Assembly (NCBI GenBank): GCA_021740825.1
Contig: JAIOZA010000008.1
Location: 39,864 to 103,863 of the forward strand
Reading direction: 5' to 3'
Source of the DNA: Bacteroidia bacterium
GTDB lineage: Bacteria; Bacteroidota; Bacteroidia; B-17B0; Aurantibacillaceae
Length of the DNA: 64,000 bases
Part shown: positions 35,626 to 43,600 of the stretch, piece after piece
Numbering within the stretch: the first letter of the stretch is position 1
Layout: each line of letters opens with the position of its first letter
Program-made: the position numbers and the translations under genes
Notes under the pieces: model-generated
Databases searched by the model: none
Seen by the model: only the letters and a program-made list of their open reading frames with translations
What the model was told of the DNA's origin: nothing

Positions 35626-35832
35626 ATGAAAGCAGATAAAATAGGAGAATATATTAAAAACAGGCGTAGTACTCTACGTCTGCAACAGAAGGATTTAGCT
35701 GAACTTTCAGGAGTAAGCTTGCGTACAATTATTCAAATTGAAAATGGAACTGGTAACCCCTCGATTGATACATTAAATAAATTAACTAAGGTGTTGGGCG
35801 TAGAAATAGAATTTAAAATAATCAGTAAATAA
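35626..35832 (+). CDS. hipB: XRE-family helix-turn-helix protein, HipB-like
   Basis: 68 aa with a typical Cro/C1 HTH (LRLQQKDLAELSGVSLRTIIQIENG). It lies 2 nt upstream of the split hipA genes. Confidence 0.8.
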   Translation: MKADKIGEYIKNRRSTLRLQQKDLAELSGVSLRTIIQIENGTGNPSIDTLNKLTKVLGVEIEFKIISK

Positions 35833-35834
35833 AA

Positions 35835-36158
35835 ATGGCAAAGGAAGGTGTTGTATTTGTTAATAATGAAGAAGCTGGTAATATTAGTTACCGCGACAGC
35901 CAATATATTTTTAAATACAGTGATGATTATTTTAATGATTCACAGAAGAAAGCAATTAGTGTAACCTTACCAAAAACACAACAAGAGTATAAATCACAAA
36001 CATTATTTCCTTTCTTTTTTAATATGTTAAGTGAAGGAGTAAACAGAAAATTACAATGCCGTCAATTACAAATTGATGAAAACGATTATTTTGGATTACT
36101 CCTTGCAACTGGAGGTACCGAAACTATTGGAGCAGTTAGTGTAAAACTAAATAAATAA
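35835..36158 (+). CDS. hipS: HipA N-terminal subdomain protein (HipS-like)
   Basis: 107 aa. The pattern VFVNNEEAGNISY...LFPFFFNMLSEG matches the HipA N-terminal coupling domain, encoded here as a separate gene. Confidence 0.8.
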   Translation: MAKEGVVFVNNEEAGNISYRDSQYIFKYSDDYFNDSQKKAISVTLPKTQQEYKSQTLFPFFFNMLSEGVNRKLQCRQLQIDENDYFGLLLATGGTETIGAVSVKLNK

Positions 36159-36161
36159 AAA

Positions 36162-37211
36162 ATGAGTCTTCAAATAAAATATTGTCCTGGTTCTTTAAAA
36201 GATGGCTTTTCAACTTATAGCGGAGCTGTTCTCAAACGTATGTTTGATAATAAAAAGGTAAACCATGTATTACCTTTTTCTTCGCCGGACACCGAAGGTC
36301 CACAACAAGAAAAATTTATTGAAAACAGAAAACGGATTTCAATTTCTGGTGTACAGGAAAAGCTATCTATTGTTTTAGTAAAAAACAAATTACAACTCAC
36401 CGAACCTGAACAACAAGGCCAGTATATTTTAAAACCAATACCGCGCGATATAAAAAAAGTAAGTCAGGTTCCCGCCAACGAGCATCTTACTATGCAAATT
36501 GCACGTCAGGTTTATAATATTCCCACGGCTGAAAATGCACTAATCTTTTTTGATAATGATAAGCCAGCTTACATAACAAAACGTTTTGATTTAAAGCCTG
36601 ATGGCGGTAAATATTTACAAGAAGATTTTGCTGCTATTGCTGGGAAAACAAAAGATACAGCCGGCGAAGATTTTAAATATGAATACAATTATCTTGATTT
36701 AGGTAAATTAATTGCCAAACATATTAATGCTGCCGAAGTAGAACTTGAAAAATATTACAAATTAGTATTATTCAATTATCTGTTTTCAAATGGTGATGCT
36801 CATTTAAAAAATTTCTCATTAATAGAATCATCTGATGGCGATTTAATAATGAGTCCGGCTTATGATCTTGTATGCACGCGCATTCATGTTAATGATTCAT
36901 ATATGGCATTAAAAGAAGGTTTAACTGTAGATTCACTTAATCATCCTTCCTTTTCCGTATTAGGTTATTTTGGGTATGATGATTTTTTTGATTTTGGATT
37001 ACAACTCGGTTTAAAAGATTCAAGGATTATTAAAATAATAGATCAAATGCGAACAGAAAACAATAGTGTTTATGTTTTGATTGCTCATTCTTATCTTGAT
37101 AATGAGACAAAACTTGAATATACAACATTGTATAAAGACAAGTTAGTTCGATTAAACACTTCGTATAAAAAAGTAAATAGTATTTATAGTAAGTACATAA
37201 ATTATCCATAG
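36162..37211 (+). CDS. hipT: HipA-family Ser/Thr kinase toxin lacking the N-terminal subdomain (HipT-like)
   Basis: 349 aa. The Gly-rich loop reads RISISGVQEKLS (S60-I-S62), and the catalytic motif NGDAHLKNFSL is present. ATG lies 3 nt after the hipS stop. Confidence 0.85.
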   Translation: MSLQIKYCPGSLKDGFSTYSGAVLKRMFDNKKVNHVLPFSSPDTEGPQQEKFIENRKRISISGVQEKLSIVLVKNKLQLTEPEQQGQYILKPIPRDIKKVSQVPANEHLTMQIARQVYNIPTAENALIFFDNDKPAYITKRFDLKPDGGKYLQEDFAAIAGKTKDTAGEDFKYEYNYLDLGKLIAKHINAAEVELEKYYKLVLFNYLFSNGDAHLKNFSLIESSDGDLIMSPAYDLVCTRIHVNDSYMALKEGLTVDSLNHPSFSVLGYFGYDDFFDFGLQLGLKDSRIIKIIDQMRTENNSVYVLIAHSYLDNETKLEYTTLYKDKLVRLNTSYKKVNSIYSKYINYP

Positions 37212-37280
37212 TATAAGCATAGATGAATTATGTGCTTGTGAAAATTAAAGTAGGGGAGCGTTATGAGAAGAAAAAATGAA

Positions 37281-37302
37281 ATGTTCCCCCTATGTTCCCC
37301 CT
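37281..37302. repeat. Perfect tandem duplication of an 11-mer
   Basis: atgttccccct occurs twice, between the hipT stop and the tRNA terminator. Confidence 0.9.
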
Positions 37303-37307
37303 TTAAT

Positions 37308-37340
37308 GAAAAAAGCCTGTAATCTATTGATTTACAGGCT
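37308..37340 (-). terminator. Rho-independent terminator of tRNA-Arg
   Basis: On the minus strand, agcctgtaa / ttacaggct forms a 9-bp stem with a 9-nt loop, followed by TTTTTT. It lies 18 nt past the tRNA 3' end. Confidence 0.7.
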
Positions 37341-37357
37341 TATTAGTTGATTAATTG

Positions 37358-37431
37358 TGATCCCGATTGGATTCGAACCAATGGCCCACAGCTTAGAAGG
37401 CTGTTGCTCTATCCAGCTGAGCTACGGGACC
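37358..37431 (-). tRNA. tRNA-Arg (anticodon UCU)
   Basis: The reverse complement is GGTCCCGTAGCTCAGCTGGATAGAGCAACAGCCTTCTAAGCTGTGGGCCATTGGTTCGAATCCAATCGGGATCA. It folds as a 74-nt cloverleaf with 7/4/5/5-bp stems, a TTCGAAT T-loop and anticodon loop CTTCTAA. CCA is not encoded. Confidence 0.93.
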
Positions 37432-37554
37432 AGTTTTTAAGTAATTCACTTAAAATTTGGAATGCGAATTTAATACTTTTTTTCCAATTTTGTTGGACTT
37501 TTTTAAATACTTTATTTATTGTATTATTTTGTTATTTTTAGCGCTTTATAGCTT

Positions 37555-39510
37555 GTGACTAAATTATCGGTTGTTATTGTAAACTACAATGTAAAGCACT
37601 TCATTGAGCAGTGCCTTTTTTCTGTGCTTAAAGCGGCGGAGAATATAGCGTGTGAAATATTTGTAGTTGATAATAATTCGGTGGATGGTTCTGTTACAAT
37701 AATAAAAGATAAATTCCCTCAAGTAAATCTTATAGTAAATAAAGTCAATACAGGCTTTTCTGTTGCAAATAATCAAGCCATCAGATTAGCAAAAGGCGAA
37801 TACGTATTATTGCTAAACCCGGACACCGTAGTTCAAGAAGATACTTTTACTAAAGTAATTACTTTTATGGATACCCATGCCGACGCGGGCGGTTTAGGCG
37901 TTAAGATGTTAGACGGACAAGGGAACTTTGCACCTGAATCAAAAAGAGGTTTGCCAACACCATTTGTGGCTTTTTATAAAATGGTGGGATTGTCTAGGTT
38001 TTTTCCAAAGTCCGCTAAATTTGGAAAGTATCATTTATCCTATTTACCACAAGATCAAATTAACGAAGTTGATGTGCTAAGTGGCGCTTTTATGCTTATG
38101 CGCAAATCAGTGCTAGATAAAATTGGGTTGTTAGATGAAACTTTTTTTATGTATGGAGAAGATATTGATTTATCGTATCGTATTCAAAAAGCTGGGTATA
38201 AAAATTATTATTTCCCCGAAACGCAAATAATACATTATAAAGGCGAAAGTACAAAGCGCAGTAGTTTAAACTATGTGATTATTTTTTACAAAGCAATGGC
38301 TATTTTCTCAAGGAAACATTTTAGTGGTTCTAATGCGTTTTGGTTTAATGCTTTAATACATTTTGCGATTTTTTTAAAAGCTGGAATAGCAATTCTAACT
38401 AGATTTTTTAAAGCGTTTACAGTCCCTATTTTGGATTTTCTTGTTATTACGCTTGGCTTGTTTATTATAAAAGATATTTATCAGCAGCGTACCGGATTTT
38501 CAGAAGATATTTATTCGCAAAAATTAATAAGCGTTGCATTTCCTTTATATGCTATTGTTTGGATAGTGATGGTTTATTTTAATGGGGGTTATTATAAGCC
38601 GATAAAATTGCTTAAAATTAGTAGAGGCATTTTATTTGGTACTGTTTTTATTTTAATGGGATATTCTTTATTGCCAGAATATTTGCGGTTTTCGAGGGCA
38701 TTAATTTTATTAGGAACAAGTTGGGCCTTAGTAAGTTTTATAGTTACTCGATTCTTATTTCATTTATTAAATATTAAATCATATAGTTTATTTAGCGCTA
38801 AAACAAAACGAATTGCTATTATTGGAGAAGAACAAGAGTTTAATAGAGTTTCTGCTTTATTAAAAGAAACGCAAGCCAACCCTTCATTTGTTGGCTTTGT
38901 AAGTGCAGAAAATAATGGAGTACACAATCCTAATTATATTGGAAAAATAATTCAGATTGATGAAGTAATTAAAGTGCACCAGATTAATGAAATTATTTTT
39001 TGCGCAAAGGATATTAGCACGCAATTTATTATTAATAATATGTTAACTCTTGTCTCTAGCGGTGTCGATTTTAAAATTGCACCTCCCGAAAGTTTGTCTA
39101 TTATTGGCAGTAATAATATTGATACCGCGGGCGATTTATATATGATTGATGTAAATAGTATTTCAAAATCAAGCAATAAAAGAAATAAAAGATTGTTGGA
39201 CATTGGAGTAAGTACTTTAGTTCTAATTTTTAGTCCAATTTTATTTTTTATACAAGAGAAAAAACAAAACTATTTTTTAAATTGTCTTAATGTGCTGTTT
39301 GGTTTTTATTCATGGGTTGGCTATGGCAAATTAAATGATAAATCTCTGCCACAAATTAAACGTTCAATCCTTTCTCCTTCAATGCTTATTAGTGCTGATA
39401 TAGTTGATAGCGATAAGGTAAAACTTGCCAACTTACGTTATGCTAAGGATTATAAAGTTGAAAAAGATATTCTATTAATTTGGAAGTGTAGAAAAAAATT
39501 GGGGGCATAA
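37555..39510 (+). CDS. Family 2 glycosyltransferase fused to a polytopic membrane region and a degenerate sugar-transferase-like C-terminus
   Basis: 651 aa. The N-terminal part has LSVVIVNYN...VDNNSVDGS...NPDT...YGEDIDL GT2 motifs. The C-terminal KRLLDIGVSTLVLIFSPILFF and LNVLFGFYSWVGY resemble the ends of bacterial sugar-transferase domains. GTG start. Confidence 0.75.
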   Translation: MTKLSVVIVNYNVKHFIEQCLFSVLKAAENIACEIFVVDNNSVDGSVTIIKDKFPQVNLIVNKVNTGFSVANNQAIRLAKGEYVLLLNPDTVVQEDTFTKVITFMDTHADAGGLGVKMLDGQGNFAPESKRGLPTPFVAFYKMVGLSRFFPKSAKFGKYHLSYLPQDQINEVDVLSGAFMLMRKSVLDKIGLLDETFFMYGEDIDLSYRIQKAGYKNYYFPETQIIHYKGESTKRSSLNYVIIFYKAMAIFSRKHFSGSNAFWFNALIHFAIFLKAGIAILTRFFKAFTVPILDFLVITLGLFIIKDIYQQRTGFSEDIYSQKLISVAFPLYAIVWIVMVYFNGGYYKPIKLLKISRGILFGTVFILMGYSLLPEYLRFSRALILLGTSWALVSFIVTRFLFHLLNIKSYSLFSAKTKRIAIIGEEQEFNRVSALLKETQANPSFVGFVSAENNGVHNPNYIGKIIQIDEVIKVHQINEIIFCAKDISTQFIINNMLTLVSSGVDFKIAPPESLSIIGSNNIDTAGDLYMIDVNSISKSSNKRNKRLLDIGVSTLVLIFSPILFFIQEKKQNYFLNCLNVLFGFYSWVGYGKLNDKSLPQIKRSILSPSMLISADIVDSDKVKLANLRYAKDYKVEKDILLIWKCRKKLGA

Positions 39511-39541
39511 CTTGCAAAAAGTACTTTATAGTAGATTTATT

Positions 39542-40531
39542 CTAAATCAATTTTGCTTCAATTAAATATTCTGCAATTTGAATGGCATTGGTGGCAGCGC
39601 CCTTTCTTAAATTATCTGATACAATCCACATGTTTAAGGTTTTTGGCTGAGATTCATCTCTTCTAATACGGCCAACAAAAACGGCATCTTTATCATGCGC
39701 ATTTAATGGCATTGGATAAACTTGATTGGCAATATCGTCTTGTACAACAATTCCCTTTGTTGTTTTCAGAATTTCAAATATGCCCTTCACCTCAAACTCA
39801 TTTTCAAACTCAATATTGACACTTTCGCTATGACCTCCTATTACTGGAACACGAACAGTTGTAGCCGTTACTCGTATTGAGTCGTCACTCATTATTTTTT
39901 TTGTTTCGTTTACCAATTTCATTTCCTCTTTAGTATAACCATTTTCAGTAAACACATCAATTTGAGGAATCACATTTAAATCGATTTTATATTTGTATGC
40001 CATTTCGCCCTCTATCCCAGCACGTTCATTCATTAATTGATTTACAGCTTTTACACCTGTTCCGGTAACCGATTGATAAGTAGAAACTACAACTCTTTTT
40101 ATTTTATATTTTTTATGTAATGGATTTAATGCCACAACCATTTGGATGGTTGAACAATTTGGATTGGCAATAATTTTATCTGTTGCTTTTAATTCTTGTG
40201 CATTAATTTCGGGAACAATCAATTTTTTTGAATCATCCATTCTCCAAGCACTTGAATTGTCAATTACTGTAATGCCTGCCTCTGCAAATTTTGAAGCCCA
40301 TTCTATGGATGTACTTCCTCCTGCCGAAAATAATGCTATTTGAGGTTTACCAGCAATTGCATCATCCATTGAACATACCTTGTACTTCTTGCCGTTATAC
40401 TCTAATTCCTTACCTACTGATTTTTCAGATGCCACTAAAATTAAATCTGTTAATGGAAAATTTCTTTCCGCTAACACTTCCAACATTTTTGTACCAACTA
40501 AACCTGTTGCTCCAACTACTGCAATTTTCAT
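39542..40531 (-). CDS. asd: Aspartate-semialdehyde dehydrogenase
   Basis: 329 aa with KIAVVGATGLVG, active-site NPNCSTIQMV and GGHSESV motifs. Confidence 0.95.
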   Translation of the reverse strand: MKIAVVGATGLVGTKMLEVLAERNFPLTDLILVASEKSVGKELEYNGKKYKVCSMDDAIAGKPQIALFSAGGSTSIEWASKFAEAGITVIDNSSAWRMDDSKKLIVPEINAQELKATDKIIANPNCSTIQMVVALNPLHKKYKIKRVVVSTYQSVTGTGVKAVNQLMNERAGIEGEMAYKYKIDLNVIPQIDVFTENGYTKEEMKLVNETKKIMSDDSIRVTATTVRVPVIGGHSESVNIEFENEFEVKGIFEILKTTKGIVVQDDIANQVYPMPLNAHDKDAVFVGRIRRDESQPKTLNMWIVSDNLRKGAATNAIQIAEYLIEAKLI

Positions 40532-40624
40532 TATTAAATTTTCATTAAATACTTAGTTGCAAAGTTGTTAAATTATTCTCTATCAAAAAAATTTCTTATT
40601 TTAGATTTCTATAAATTTTTCAAG

Positions 40625-43600
40625 ATGATCCGGATTTTTTTTATCATATTTTCCTGTTTTTTATTAACGACTTCTAATGCTCAAGTAATCGATAATTTTA
40701 CTGACGGCGATTATACTTTAAATCCGGTTTGGGCGCCAAGCGCCCCCATAGACTTTACAATTGCTTCCGGACAATTAAAGTCAGTCAATACAACTACTAA
40801 TACAAGTTTTTACATTAGCACAACAAATACATTAGCCGTTAATTGCGTTTGGGAATTTTGGGTAAACCTTCAATTTGCTACTTCGGGGGCTAATTATGTG
40901 GACGCTTATTTAACGGCTGATAATAGTAATTTGTTAAGCCCTGCACTTAATGGGTACTTTGTGCGAATAGGAAATACATCTGACGATATTTGCTTATATA
41001 AAAATACCGCTGGCACACAAACTATAATTATTGACGGTGCTAATGCAAGTGTATCCAGCTCAAGCAATAACCTTATTAAAATTAGAGTAACCCGTACTTC
41101 CTCCAATTTATTTACTTTAGAAAGAGATATAACAGGAACAGGAACTACCTATATTACCGAAGGGACAGTTACTGATGGTACTTTTTCAAGTTCTTTATTT
41201 TTTGGCTTTGCCATAAAACAATCTACAGCAAGTTTTTTTGGTAAACATTTTTTTGATGATATTTCTGTTTCTACTATTGTTTTAGACGTAACGGCTCCCA
41301 CAATTATTAGCGCTACAGCAACTTCTTCTACTAGTATTGATGTGTTCTTTAATGAATCCTTAGATTTAACTACATCGCAAACAAGCACTAATTATAGCAT
41401 TAATCCAGCAATTGGAAATCCCATTACTGCAATTCGCGATGTAAGTAATTTAAGTTTAGTGCATTTAACTGTTGGAACGCCTATAAGTAATGGAAACTAT
41501 ACAATTAGTATAAATGGCATTCAGGATTTAGTGGGTAATGCAATGACAACGTCAACGGTTAGTTTTAATTATTTTGTAGCAGCAACTCCAAATTTTAAGG
41601 ACATTGTTATTAATGAAATATATGCTGACCCATCACCAATAGTCAACTTAACCGCCGCGGAATTTATTGAACTCTACAATAACAGTTCAAATTCTTTTAA
41701 TTTAAACGGCTTAAAACTAACGGACGGAACAAGTATTGCTACATTGGGTAATTATACATTACTACCAAATGGTTATGTGATAGTTTGTCCTATTGCAGAT
41801 ACGGCGCAATTTACTGCTTTAGGTTCTATGAATAAATTAGGAGTAAGCTCTTTTCCTTCTTTAAATAACGCTAGTGATAATATTTATTTAGAAAATAGTT
41901 CAAATGTAGTTTTAGATAGTGTAAATTATTTTGACACCTGGTACCAAAATACTATTAAAAAAAATGGAGGTTGGACTTTAGAACAAATAAACCCAAATCA
42001 AAATGTGGCATGCTCACAAGCTAATAATTGGACTGCTTCAAATGATGTTGATGGCGGAACTCCGGGTTTTGTAAATTCTGTATATTCAATTGCCCCTGAT
42101 ATTACAGGGCCAAATATAGCAGCTTTAACAATTATCGACTCAACACATATTTCAGTTTGTTTTAATGATGTGATTAGCACATCTCAATTAACTAACAATT
42201 TAAATTACTCAATTAATAATTCTATTGGCTCTCCAAGTTTATCAGTAAGCGGAAGCGGGAATATGTGTGCAATTATTTCATTAAGTAATCCCTTGATAAA
42301 TAATACAAGTTATACACTTTCGGTTTCTGGAATTACAGATTGTAACGGAAACAGTATTAGTACGCCAACAGTTAGTTTTACATTTATCGTGTATAGCACT
42401 CCCTTATTCAAAGATGTTGTTATTAACGAAGTGCTGATTGATGTAAATCCTATACCGGCAGGCATTCCAGCTACTCAATATTTAGAACTGTATAATAAAA
42501 GCACGAAAAACTTTAATCTAAATGGTTGGCAGTTTACCGATGGGCAAACTATTTCAACAATTACTACTAACTATGCGTTATTTCCAAATTCGTATGTAGT
42601 AATTGCCAAAAGTGCAGATACAGCTTTATTTATAGGAACACCTAATAAAATTGGAACCAGTACTTTTCCAACGTTTAATGTTACTGGTGATTTAATTTCT
42701 TTATCAGATAATTTTGCAACAACAATCGATTCATTAAGATACACCACCCTTTGGTATAAAGATGCTGTAAAAGATGATGGAGGTTGGAGTTTAGAGCAAA
42801 TAAACCCAAATCAAAATGTGGGATGCTTGCAAGCTAATAATTGGATGGCTTCAAATGATATAGATGGCGGAACTCCAGGATCAGTAAATTCTGTTTATTC
42901 TATTGCACCCGATATTACAGGGCCAAGCATTTCTTCCTTAACGATTATTGACTCAACTCATGTTTCTGTTTGTTTTAATGATGTTATTAGCACTACTCAA
43001 TTAACGAACATCTCAAATTACTCTATCAATAATTCCATTGGCTCACCGTCTTTAGCTTTAACTAGTAACGACAATTTTTGTGCTACGTTATCGCTCAGTA
43101 ATACTTTGGTAAATAATACAAGTTATACATTAGCGGTTTCCGGCATTTCAGATTGCAGTGGAAATGCAATAATGACTGCAACCCTTAGTTTTACTTATGT
43201 TGATTTTGGAACGCCTAATTTTAAAGACATTGTAATTAATGAAATTTATGCCGATCCTTCACCATTAGTTAACTTAACAAGTTGTGCGTTTATTGAACTA
43301 TACAACAAAAGCGTAAATCCGTTTAATTTAAATGGACTAAAAGTAACAGACGGTACTTCGATTGCCACCTTTGGAACATATACCTTGGCGCCAAATAGTT
43401 ATGTTATTATTTGTCCGATAGCTGATACCGCTCAATTTACTGCCTTAGGATATAACAACAAATTAGGAGTAAGTAGTTTTCCATCTTTGAACAATGCCAG
43501 TGATAATTTGTATTTAAAAACAGCTACCAACAATGTAATTGATAGTGTTAATTATTTTGACACTTGGTATAAAAATGCCATAAAAAAAGATGGTGGTTAC

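Noticed and set aside
29750-37357. Search for an integrase, transposase or conjugation gene that would make the tRNA-adjacent region a bona fide mobile island.
   Set aside because: None of the ORFs shows tyrosine or serine recombinase or DDE motifs. Mobility is therefore inferred only from context and weak repeats, so I did not annotate the region as a mobile element.
37347-37541. 64-aa plus-strand ORF (MINCDPDWIRTNGPQLRR...).
   Set aside because: It is the antisense translation of the tRNA-Arg gene and its promoter region.
40565-40624. TTG start at 40565 for the LTD protein. Likewise ATG 53845 for the choice-of-anchor-L protein and ATG 59731 for the Asp-box protein.
   Set aside because: Internal ATGs at 40625, 53800 and 59677 each give canonical signal peptides. 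The one at 59677 also avoids overlap with the upstream gene. The longer versions add non-signal junk.
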